Shown here: one piece after another, positions 1 to 10,450 of the stretch | Position numbering within the stretch: the stretch's first letter is position 1 | Layout: every line of letters begins with the position of its first letter | Source: Octopus bimaculoides | Taxonomy: Eukaryota | NCBI RefSeq assembly: GCF_001194135.2 | Contig: NC_069001.1 | Coordinates: 36,345,033-36,382,895 of the forward strand | DNA length: 37,863 nt | Direction of reading: 5' to 3' | The notes under the pieces: model-generated | The model's input: the letters and a program-made list of their open reading frames with translations, nothing else | Databases searched by the model: none | What the model was told of the DNA's origin: nothing | Made by a program: the position numbers and the translations under genes

Positions 1-253
1 TTAAAATGATGATGATGTGGGAGGGGAGGGGAGGAGGAGGAGGAAGGGAAATGGATGGCAGCAGTGATGGTGTTGGTGGTGGCGGTGATGGGAGTATGAT
101 TGTTGATAAACTTTCATGGTGGTAGTGGTGGTGGTGGTGGTGGTGATGATGGCAATGACAATGACGATGACAACAGGGTAATGCCGGTTGCGGTGATGGG
201 AATAATGATGATGATGTTCAAGATGAGACTGGTGGCATTAATGATAAACAACT

Positions 254-285
<32 letters not shown>
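1..285. repeat. Mixed (GGT/GAT)n low-complexity tract ending in (GT)n
   Basis: Visible triplet and dinucleotide runs. Confidence 0.9.
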
Positions 286-287
<2 letters not shown>

Positions 288-488
288 TTTCAAAAATTTT
301 TTAAGACCAAGACAAGGAACAAATACCCCCCAAGCCCTGGTCATGCTCTCACCTCAGTTGTCCAAAAATCATTACAATTTCATGCCTTTAACGATGATAT
401 TGTTCATTTTTTGTGGTGTCAACTACGAATAGCTGCTGGGAATACATGCACGGAAGACAGGCGTTAAACGATGATGATGATACATATT

Positions 489-625
489 ATCATCATCGTT
501 TAACGTCCCTTTTCCATGCTGGCATGGGTTGGACGGTTTGACTGAGGTCTGGGGAGCCAGAGGCTGCACAAGGCTCAATCTGTTCTGGCAAAGTTTCTAC
601 AGCTAGATGCCCTTCCTTACACCAA
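489..625 (-). mobile_element. SINE/LINE-tail family C, 3' part with (GAT)n tail
   Basis: Reverse complement matches AAGGGCATC(C/T)AGCTGTAGAAAC...CCCATGCCAGCATGGAAA...CGTTAAACGATGATGAT seen at 27706-27989 and 28328-28558. Confidence 0.85.
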
Positions 626-1623
626 GCAATTCCATTTACAGAATTTCTCTTGTCACCATTTCTTGATTCACAGAGACTTCACTCGTGTTTATATATATAT
701 ATATATNNNNNNNNNNNNNNNNNNNNNNNNNNNNNNNNNNNNNNNNNNNNNNNNNNNNNNNNNNNNNNNNNNNNNNNNNNNNNNNNNNNNNNNNNNNNNN
801 NNNNNNNNNNNNNNNNNNNNNNNNNNNNNNNNNNNNNNNNNNNNNNNNNNNNNNNNNNNNNNNNNNNNNNNNNNNNNNNNNNNNNNNNNNNNNNNNNNNN
901 NNNNNNNNNNNNNNNNNNNNNNNNNNNNNNNNNNNNNNNNNNNNNNNNNNNNNNNNNNNNNNNNNNNNNNNNNNNNNNNNNNNNNNNNNNNNNNNNNNNN
1001 NNNNNNNNNNNNNNNNNNNNNNNNNNNNNNNNNNNNNNNNNNNNNNNNNNNNNNNNNNNNNNNNNNNNNNNNNNNNNNNNNNNNNNNNNNNNNNNNNNNN
1101 NNNNNNNNNNNNNNNNNNNNNNNTATATATAGTTATTAATATTTCTAAGTCTCTCTAAAGGATGCCAAACCAGCAAGGGGAAACTGCTGACCTCCCCTGT
1201 TCGAAGGTTATAAAGGACACAGGTTTTGTGTGTCACATAGCTAGCTAGAGGTGATGGCTTCTTGGAGCTAATTCACGGCAGCTTTCGTCCTAATTTTGGG
1301 ACTGCCATGTTGGCTTGGTGATAACTATTAATTTATATATATATACACACACACATCTCAGTTGATTCAACAAGAAGTGGTAAATCACAGAATTCAATCC
1401 AAAAGAGTAGAATATTAATTAAAACCTTACAACAGAATGCCTCAGCATTCCAGTGCTCTGAGCTCCATATTTCTAATCAGTCAGCTGACCTTGAAAGCCA
1501 GAATTACCATTGAAATAATTGTTGTCTGTTAAGTGGCAATTAATCTGACACTTTGCATTTTGAGATCAAATGTCCTTGTATCTATTTTAGGAAAAAGTAT
1601 TGTTGCTATAATCATTTGTAAAA

Positions 1624-1828
1624 TGGCGAGCTGGAAGAACGGTTAGCACACCATGCCAAATACTTAATGGCATTTCATCCATCTTTACATTCTGAGTTCA
1701 AATGCCACAGAGGTTGGCTTTGACTTTTCATCTTTTCATGGTCGATAAAATAAATACCAGTTGTGCACTGGAATCGGTGTATTCAACTTGCCCCACTTCC
1801 AAAATTTCAGTGCCTATATTAGAAAGAT
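1624..1828 (+). mobile_element. tRNA-derived SINE family A
   Basis: GGCGAGCTGG head, B-box-like GAGTTCAAAT, degenerate TTTGCCTTTCATCC core; matches other copies in the window. Confidence 0.8.
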
Positions 1829-1867
1829 TTCTTCTCCTCCTCCTCCTTCTTCTTCGTATAATTATTA

Positions 1868-1920
<53 letters not shown>

Positions 1921-1922
<2 letters not shown>

Positions 1923-2147
1923 GGTGGCGAGCTGGCAGAATCGTTAGCATCATGGGCAAAATGCTAAGTGGCATTTCGTCTGCCTTTAAATTCTGAGTTC
2001 AAATTCCGCCAAGGTTGACTTTGCCTTTCATCCTTTCAGGGATGAGGGTGGTCGATGAAATAAGTACCAGTTATGCACTGGGGTCGATGTAATCAACTAG
2101 CCTCCTTCCCCCATAATTGCAGGCCTTGTGCCTTTAGTAGAAAGGAT
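1921..2147 (+). mobile_element. tRNA-derived SINE family A, near full length, (ATT)n tail
   Basis: A-box-like TGGCAGAATCG, B-box-like GAGTTCAAATTCC, core GACTTTGCCTTTCATCCTTT, tail GGCCTTGTGCC...AGAAAGG(ATT)n. Confidence 0.9.
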
Positions 2148-2210
2148 TATTATTATTATTTTATTGTCCCTATGTGTTTTGTGTTCAGCCCTTGCGGCCA
2201 ATAAATAAAA

Positions 2211-2211
<1 letters not shown>

Positions 2212-2255
<44 letters not shown>

Positions 2256-2737
2256 CAATAGTAGTAGTAGTAGTAGTATTTTTATTGTGTACTTTCACTT
2301 TCACTTCTGAATACAGCTCTGCGTATCCCTTGGCTACATGCCAAGATTTGCTTTTCTTCATTTTTTTGTTTTTTGAGGCCTTCCTTTTCTATCAAGCAAT
2401 CTGCTACATATGTAACAAACATGCTTCACCTTGCAGTACCATTATTTCTCTGTGTTGCTGTTGTTGTTATGCATATCTGTTGTAAATCCTGGCATTTCTG
2501 TTACGTATTCGATCAAGCATCAGAAGCCATTACCATCATGGTCACCATTATCACCATCATTGTTGTTATCATTATCATCATCATCATCATTATTATCATC
2601 ATCATCATCATTATTATCATCATCATCATCATCATCATTATTATCATCATTATTATTATTATGTAAAATGCAACAGCAACAGATATGATGACGACAAAGG
2701 TGGTGGTAGAAGTGGTGGTGGTGGTGGTGGTGGTGGT
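2212..2737. repeat. (ATT)n/(AGT)n, (ATC/ATT)n and (GGT)n microsatellites with unique spacers
   Basis: Visible triplet runs; source of the poly-L/I/S ORFs in the track. Confidence 0.9.
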
Positions 2738-3256
2738 TTCACGGCAGCGATGAATATGCAGGTGGCAATAGCAGTAGAGCAAAAAAAATATATATATATA
2801 TATATTTATATGAAACAGAATAAAATAAAGAAAAGTAATAAAACAGTATAGAACTAGTAATTAAAAAAAAAAATTCACAAATAAAACCCAAAAATAATCC
2901 ATGAAGAAAGAAATCAGGTTTTTATTGATTAACAAACCAACTACTTGCTACGTAACATGGCGGACGGCATGAGGCAAGTGAGGAAGAGGCTTTCGGTTTC
3001 TCATCTTTATTAGTCATTTTGTGATTATTTGCCACCATGCTGTTTATTGATCTATCACTGTTCAATAGCTTTTACTTCTCCGTTTCCAAACCGAGTGAAT
3101 TGATTAATTAGTTGAAGACCAACTATCAGAGCGAAAATATTTATTTATTTCACTTTGGTCAAGAATTTCAGGATTTTTTGATGTCTTATGGGGTTTTTTT
3201 TTTTTTTTTTTCCTTATTTACTATCTTCTGAATTTATTTTTTATCTCATATTTTTA

Positions 3257-3619
3257 ACTTGTTTCAGTCATTAGACTGCGGCCATGCTGGGGCACTGCCC
3301 TTGAAGAACTTTTTTTTTTTATAGGCCTGGTACTTATTCTATTAGTCTCTTTTGCTGAACCACTAAGTTACAGGGGTATAAACATACCAACACCAGTTGC
3401 CATATAGTGGTAGGGAACAAACACAGATACATATACATACATACATACAAACATACATACAATGGGCTTCTTTCAGTTTCTGTAAGCCAAATCCACTGAC
3501 AAGGCTTTGTCAGCCCAAGGCTAATATAGAAAATGCTAACCCAAGATGCCATGCAGTGAGACTGAACCTGGAACCATGTGGTTGAGAAGCAAAATTCTTA
3601 CCATGCAGTCACACCTGCA
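3257..3619 (-). mobile_element. tRNA-derived SINE family B (CORE-like), near full length
   Basis: Reverse complement has a tRNA-like head, CTTGGG core-like segment, AACTGAAAGAAGCCC, internal microsatellite and CAGCATGGCCGCAGTC...TGACTGAAACAAG tail. Confidence 0.85.
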
Positions 3620-4191
3620 TTTGTTTGTCTTCTTCAATGAATGTTTACAGTTTTGAAAGTAGAAACCTTCTCGTACCAAAGTAAATGTTATACCACAACT
3701 AGACTTTAACGAGCTTTTAAAATAAACGAGACAGTGAAAAAGTCATTCATCACTATCAGCTGTGCCATCTGCTCGTTTAAATTGTTTGTCTTTGATAAGT
3801 GTTTACAGATTTGGCAAGAGAAATTAAACACCACAGCAAATACAACACCAGGACTATTTAGAGTAAACACTTGTATGGTGTAAGTGCTCCAAACGCAAGA
3901 GTTGGTGTCTCATCATGCAGCGTAGATGTTTTGGCCCCTTCCACCATGTTGCCAGGGCTCCCTGCCAATATAGATAACAAAACTCCCATGCAACACCAGG
4001 AGCTTTGTTGAATCAGGTTTTGTGACTCTGGGCCTGATGTTTCTACTATCCTCACTGCTTGCCCATGCTGCACCACTCTTCCTCTCTCTCTTGTGGTACA
4101 TGTAATTGCTTGCTTCTTTGACAACTGCTGACAATTTTCTATACTTTAACAAAACTTTTAAATAAAGGCGACAATGAGCAAGTTGCTTGTT

Positions 4192-4367
4192 ATTATAAGG
4201 CTTAGAATTTATGGTGGGGAGGTCGACTAGTCAATTACATTGACCCCCCCCTCCCCCCGGAATTTCACTGGTACTTAATTTATCAACCCTGAAAGGATGA
4301 AAGGTAAAGTCAACCTCGGTGGAATTTGAACTCAGAACATAGTGACGGGTGAAATACCATTATGCAT
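4192..4367 (-). mobile_element. SINE family A
   Basis: GAAAGGATGAAAGG..AAGTCAACC and GGAATTTGAACTCAGAAC are the reverse complement of the family A core and B box. Confidence 0.8.
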
Positions 4368-4381
4368 CATCCTTAACAACC

Positions 4382-4453
4382 CTTATTTAGGGGCCTTTTG
4401 AGTGGGAGGGGCTACTCGACCTGAAGAAAATTCTAACAGGGACCCAGCTGCAA
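4382..4453 (+). mobile_element. Fragment of the ~550-bp retroposon family, truncated by N gap
   Basis: CCTTTTGAGTGGGA..GGCTACTC..GAAAATTCTAAC matches the reverse complement of ~17610-17675. Confidence 0.7.
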
Positions 4454-5238
4454 TAATNNNNNNNNNNNNNNNNNNNNNNNNNNNNNNNNNNNNNNNNNNN
4501 NNNNNNNNNNNNNNNNNNNNNNNNNNNNNNNNNNNNNNNNNNNNNNNNNNNNNNNNNNNNNNNNNNNNNNNNNNNNNNNNNNNNNNNNNNNNNNNNNNNN
4601 NNNNNNNNNNNNNNNNNNNNNNNNNNNNNNNNNNNNNNNNNNNNNNNNNNNNNNNNNNNNNNNNNNNNNNNNNNNNNNNNNNNNNNNNNNNNNNNNNNNN
4701 NNNNNNNNNNNNNNNNNNNNNNNNNNNNNNNNNNNNNNNNNNNNNNNNNNNNNNNNNNNNNNNNNNNNNNNNNNNNNNNNNNNNNNNNNNNNNNNNNNNN
4801 NNNNNNNNNNNNNNNNNNNNNNNNNNNNNNNNNNNNNNNNNNNNNNNNNNNNNNNNNNNNNNNNNNNNNNNNNNNNNNNNNNNNNNNNNNNNNNNNNNNN
4901 NNNNNNNNNNNNNNNNNNNNNNNNNNNNNNNNNNNNNNNNNNNNNNNNNNNNNNNNNNNNNNNNNNNNNNNNNNNNNNNNNNNNNNNNNNNNNNNNNNNN
5001 NNNNNNNNNNNNNNNNNNNNNNNNNNNNNNNNNNNNNNNNNNNNNNNNNNNNNNNNNNNNNNNNNNNNNNNNNNNNNNNNNNNNNNNNNNNNNNNNNNNN
5101 NNNNNNNNNNNNNNNNNNNNNNNNNNNNNNNNNNNNNNNNNNNNNNNNNNNNNNNNNNNNNNNNNNNNNNNNNNNNNNNNNNNNNNNNNNNNNNNNNNNN
5201 NNNNNNNNNNNNNNNNNNNNNNNNNNNNNNNNNNNNNN

Positions 5239-5283
<45 letters not shown>

Positions 5284-6436
5284 GTGTATGTATGTGTGTA
5301 TGTGTGTATGTATATGTGTGTGTGTGTATGTATATGTGTGTGTGTATATATATATGTGTGTATATATATGTGTGTATGTATGCATACATACAAGAGTATA
5401 TATATATATGTGTGTGTGCGTGTGTGTGTGTGTGTGTGTATATATATGTATATTCATGTGTGTGTGTATGCATGCATATAGATGCTTTTATGACATGTCA
5501 CAACCATATTTGACACGTGTCACATAAGGAAAACACACTTTCCTATTGTCTCTGAACAAAAAGTTATCAAAGCAAAAAAATATATATATATATATATCTA
5601 AATTAAAATTAAAATATTCAGTTAATTAAAATCTAAAAGTATCTCAGATTTAGGTGGGGGTGGGGTTATCATTTTTAATTACTTTTCTGAAATAAACTTT
5701 TATTTTTTTTATCTAAATTTGACCAATACTGAGAAGTGCTTTCCTGAAAATACTAAAAAGAAAAAAAAAATCATATTCTTTCTCGTTGCTATGGATGCGT
5801 TCAGGTGTATTTATATAGATATAATAAAGATATTCATTTGCTTTGCNNNNNNNNNNNNNNNNNNNNNNNNNNNNNNNNNNNNNNNNNNNNNNNNNNNNNN
5901 NNNNNNNNNNNNNNNNNNNNNNNNNNNNNNNNNNNNNNNNNNNNNNNNNNNNNNNNNNNNNNNNNNNNNNNNNNNNNNNNNNNNNNNNNNNNNNNNNNNN
6001 NNNNNNNNNNNNNNNNNNNNNNNNNNNNNNNNNNNNNNNNNNNNNNNNNNNNNNNNNNNNNNNNNNNNNNNNNNNNNNNNNNNNNNNNNNNNNNNNNNNN
6101 NNNNNNNNNNNNNNNNNNNNNNNNNNNNNNNNNNNNNNNNNNNNNNNNNNNNNNNNNNNNNNNNNNNNNNNNNNNNNNNNNNNNNNNNNNNNNNNNNNNN
6201 NNNNNNNNNNNNNNNNNNNNNNNNNNNNNNNNNNNNNNNNNNNNNNNNNNNNNNNNNNNNNNNNNNNNNNNNNNNNNNNNNNNNNNNNNNNNNNNNNNNN
6301 NNNNNNNNNNNNNNNNNNNNNNNNNNNNNNNNNNNNNNNNNNNNNNNNNNNNNNNNNNNNNNNNNNNNNNNNNNNNNNNNNNNNNNNNNNNNNNNNNNNN
6401 NNNNNNNNNNNNNNNNNNNNNNNNNNNNNNNNNNNN

Positions 6437-6485
<49 letters not shown>

Positions 6486-6672
6486 AAAGGTTAAATTTTA
6501 TCTAACATATTCCCCTTTGTGGTTCACATGTTTATTGCAGCAGTCCTTCAGTTTTTCAAAGCCCTCTAAAAGAACTCAGAAGGTTGGGCCTCCAGCGAGG
6601 CCATTCATGATACCCTTAAAACCAGGAACTTTTCAGCAGTCCCTCATGTGTGTATATATATGTATATATATA

Positions 6673-7228
6673 CAGGGTTATTCACAGAGAATGAATCGAT
6701 TTCATTACACAATATTTTAATCAGGGAAAGCAATAGAAGACTCCAGCTAAGTCACAAGTATTTATTCACAATCAACTTTTATTTCCTGTCTTACAAGTGT
6801 TCAATGTGGCCACCACCTGCAGCATGGACAACATCAATGTGATAAGAGAAATCCTCCCAAATGCTCTTTGTGCCTTTTTAGGGGGGATTTTTTTTTGTTT
6901 TTTGTTTGTTTTTTTTTACTTTGGAGACAAAGAATTCTCTTTTAGTTCTTCGAATATTTCTGTTCCACTGCTACCTACTAACCCCAGTGACCTTAAACAT
7001 CGAATAACAACAGTGATCAACTCAGTGGATTGTGATGTGTCTGGGAGGAATCCTCTTATCACATTGATGTTGCCTGTGCTTCAGGTGGTGGCCACATTGA
7101 ACACTTGTAAGACAGGAAATGAAAGTTGCTTGTGAGTAAATACTTGTGACTTGGCTGGAGTTTTCTATGGCTTCTCCTTATTAAAATATTGCATAATGAA
7201 ATCAGTTCATTCTTTTTGAATAACTCTG
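6673..7228. mobile_element. Non-autonomous Tc1/mariner element with 187-bp inverted arms, TA-flanked
   Basis: TA|CAGGGTTATTC...GAATAACTCTG|TA; arms 6673-6859 and 7042-7228 are ~88% identical by hand count; both arms encode the transposase C-terminus ...GGGHIEHL*. Confidence 0.9.
6956..7110 (+). pseudogene. Tc1/mariner transposase C-terminal relic
   Basis: ISVPLLPTNPSDLKHRITTVINSVDCDV[frameshift]WEESSYHIDVACASGGGHIEHL*; resembles the recalled YVPPLP..L.DLK.RI...VW.E..YRIDV....G.HIEHL end of DD37D/DD41D-type transposases. Confidence 0.75.
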
Positions 7229-8438
7229 TATATATGCTCACACACACACACAAGTGCATGTATGTATGCATGTTAGGTAGATAATATAAACCCTTTTTTC
7301 ACAAACATTCATTTACTCTGCCCTGAGCCCTCTTTTTTTGTATCTTCTCTGAATTTTAAAATACCATTTTATTTTGTAAAAATATGGTTTGAACAGTTCC
7401 AGAATTTGCTCAAATTTTATTTCCATTCCAAGTTAGTTGGAAATATGACAAATTTTAATGACAAAAAGAACCTTTTTTTTCAAAATGGTGACTTTTTTTG
7501 ACTGGCGTCTCTTTGCCATTTTTTTTTCCTCCACTTTTTTTGGTTTTGTCACCATTTTTTTCACAAACATTTCTTGAAATACCTTTCAGGCATGTTTCCA
7601 TCTGTTGATCTGCTATAAAACCCTTAGTTGCTGTTTTAAACTGTTTTAATCAATAATGCCTCGACAGCTGTTGAATACAAAAAGAAAAAAAAACATTTTT
7701 CTCTGCTGTTTCAAATTCCACAAGTGCAAATTTTATATATATTTTTATTTATTTTATTTTCTATTATTTTTTAAAAAATTTATTTCGGAAATAAGTGTGT
7801 GGGGGTAGGGAGAAAGAATGAAAAAAAAATACACAACTTTTTTTGCATTGATTTCTTCTAATTTCCAATGTGTGAAGTTAAAAATTAGCTTTATTCTACT
7901 TTTTACTCAATCAAATTACAATTTAGAACTAACGAACACTAACGAACACCATAAATAACGCATAACTCAGTTTCATTTTATTTTCAATTTTATTTTTTAA
8001 TTTCGTAATTTCATTTCATATATTGTTAAATGTTTTTAGTTAACTTAAAGAAAATATTATTAATTACATTACTGGGTTTATTATATTTTTAATGATTGCT
8101 AGAAAAGAAAAATTATTCTTACCAGAAATGTGGCTCTCTCATTTAAAAATCAGAGAAGGAAAATAAGAAACAAAATTCTTTGATTTCTGAAAAATTTATT
8201 TTTAATGATTAAATTCCTACATTTACAATTTTTAGTTTGACTTCTTTGTTTTTTAGTTTTTTTGGGTTTTTTTTTTTTACTTTGGAGACAAAGAATTCTC
8301 TTTCTGTTCTTCATATATTTCTAAGTATGTAACACATTTGGAGGAATTTGCTGGAATCGTTTTTATGATTGTGTAAGCAAAATGAACCATTTTAGTAGTC
8401 TTTAATGAGGTAACAGCAGCCAGAATAGCAATAACAAT

Positions 8439-8612
8439 GGTTTCAAATTTTGGCACAGGGCCAGCAATTTTGGGGGGGAGGGTAAACCGATTACATTGAC
8501 CCCACTGCTCAACTGGTTTTTATTTTATCGACCCCTTAAGGAAGAAAGGCAAAGCTGACCTCAACAGAACTTGAACTCAGACAAAATGCCACTAAGCAAT
8601 TTGCCTGGTGTG
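8439..8612 (-). mobile_element. SINE family A (TGCCAAAATTTGAAACCA-tail variant)
   Basis: TGGTTTCAAATTTTGGCAC...GAAAGGCAAAGCTGACC...TTGAACTCAG. Confidence 0.85.
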
Positions 8613-8632
8613 CACGCACGCACACACACGTA

Positions 8633-8952
8633 TCATCATCATCATCATTTAATGTCCGCTTTCCATGTTGGCATGGGTTGAATAGTTTGACTGAGGTCTG
8701 GAAAGCCAGAAGGCTGCACCAGGTTCCAATCTATCTGGCAAGGTTTCTACAGCTGGATGCCCTTCTTAATGCCAACCACACCAAGAATGCAGTGGGTGCT
8801 TTTTACGTGCCACCGGCACGAAGGTCAGTCAGGTGGTATTAGCATCAACCATGCTCGAATGATGCTTTTTACGTGCTACTGGTACAGGAGCCGGTTAGGT
8901 AGCACTGGCAACGGCCACACTCAAATGGTGCTTTTTAAGTGCCACTGGCACG
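8633..8952 (-). mobile_element. Family C element with three internal GCTTTTACGTGCCACCGGCAC-type subrepeats
   Basis: (ATC)n tail, CTACAGCTGGATGCCCTTC motif, subrepeats near 8798, 8864 and 8929. Confidence 0.85.
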
Positions 8953-8961
8953 AAGCGATAG

Positions 8962-9114
8962 GCTTTTTTCAGTTTTTATCCATAAAATCTACACACAAGG
9001 CTTTGGTCAGCCCAATGCTATGATAGAAGACACTTGCCCAAAGTGCTACACAGTGGGACTGAACTCGGAACCATGTGAATGGGAAGCAAACTTCTTACCA
9101 CACAGCCATGCCTG
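8962..9114 (-). mobile_element. SINE family B, 5' half
   Basis: CACAAGGCTTTGGTC...GACACTTGCCCAAAG...GGACTGAACTC...CACACAGCCATGCCTG. Confidence 0.85.
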
Positions 9115-9262
9115 TTCTTGTATGAAAATGAAATGACAAAGGAATAGATAATTCTCTAATGTACTTCATAAGCTTACAGTTGTTTCTGCTTTAAGATAAG
9201 ATAACCATTTATACCTTGGTCATCTCATTTTCTTATTACTGCTCTGTACTTGACTAATGCTT

Positions 9263-9339
9263 TGTTTGGAAACATATATTGGAAACATATATTGTTTGCA
9301 AACATATATTGGAAACATATATTGTTTGGAAACATATAT
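9263..9339. repeat. Minisatellite, 30-bp period made of alternating 17- and 13-bp subunits
   Basis: TGTTTGGAAACATATAT / TGGAAACATATAT alternating, 2.5 periods. Confidence 0.9.
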
Positions 9340-10204
9340 TGAGTTCTCCATCAGGTTATTAGTATTGCAATACCTAAGCAAAATATACATACATTATATT
9401 TTGTGTGTGTGTGAATATTTGCTTAGACATACCTTGTTTTGACATTGTATCTTATTTCACTTTTCAATAATCATCTTTACATTTTAATTTACCACATGTT
9501 TTAAGTGTGCATGTATTTTTTGTTTTTTTTTGTTTTTCAAGCATACCCCTTGTTATATTTCTATACTTTAAAGAAGCCGCTTCAGTTCTATTAGAAAGAT
9601 GAAAAATATTCTATTATTATCAACGTCGTTTCAAAAATGAAAAAAAATTTCAAAGCAAAAAAATGGAAAAAGAAATGGGGAAAAAACAAGGGTTTTGTTT
9701 CCTTAGATTTTTCTTGTTACTTTTTTTTTGGTTTGGTTTGGTTTGGTTTAGTTTAAAATAATTTCAAGTTTATTTTTCTCTGAGTGGGGGGTTGGAGGGA
9801 GTTGTATTTTCCTAAAAATTTTTCCTGAAGCTATGTTTTTATGGTAAAAAAAAGCTATTTGCTCTAAGAAAGATTACAATTGATTATTTAAAGGAGAAAA
9901 ATTCAAAGCGTTTGTATTTTGTGTTGGTTTAATGATCTTGTTGTTGTTGTTGTTGCTGTTAGTACTATTGTTGCTGTTGTTATTGTTGTTTTCGTTTAAA
10001 ATTTTTTTGCACAAGGGTAAACCAAGAATTAAAAAGCATGGTTCTCATTTCTTTATAGAAAGAAATGGCAAAAAGGAGAGAATCTTAAGCAAATTTGATA
10101 CAAGACAAATTTGAAAATTGTATTTGTAGAATGAGATACTTATATGCATATCTACATATATATATAACCTTTTTCTATCTTCTCTCCCTGTTTATTTCTG
10201 TGTT

Positions 10205-10242
10205 CCCTTCTGTCGAAGAGCGTAGGCTCGAAACGTAAAAGA
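10205..10242 (+). ncRNA. Variant minimal hammerhead-ribozyme-like motif in a probable Penelope-like element end
   Basis: CTGTCGA-A-GAGC(GTAG)GCTC-GAAA-CGTA; core has T at position 6 instead of A; palindromic ACGT stem III. Confidence 0.45.
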
Positions 10243-10308
10243 CTCTCACTTCCCGAGCTTTAAACTAATACATCTGTTTGTTGTGCTAACGATTCTGCCA
10301 GTTTGTCT

Positions 10309-10349
<41 letters not shown>

Positions 10350-10381
10350 CTGTAATATAATATTTGACAATTATTCAGTTG

Positions 10382-10450
10382 CCATAATAAAACTCTGAGT
10401 TTCGGATGTCGGGGCAGAAATCTGCTCCAGCATCTCATCAGTTATCAAGG
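10382..10450 (-). ncRNA. Type I hammerhead ribozyme (probable Penelope-like element LTR fragment)
   Basis: CCTTGATAA-CTGATGA-GATG...CATC-C-GAAA-CTC-A-GAG-TT/TTATTATGG: intact CUGAUGA and GAAA, stem I 8/9 paired, long interrupted stem II, stem III ACTC/GAGT. Confidence 0.75.

Noticed and set aside
1921-2010. tRNA gene
   Set aside because: A/B-box-like motifs continue directly into SINE body; no cloverleaf or discrete tRNA end. The same holds for all family A and B heads
3858-4152. Overlapping minus-strand ORFs of 79 and 88 aa in unique sequence
   Set aside because: No recognisable domain or convincing splice sites; left unassigned
650-6505. Long ORFs of 150-359 aa in the track
   Set aside because: They run through N gaps (707-1123, 4458-5238, 5847-6436) and (TA)/(TG) repeats; no coding evidence
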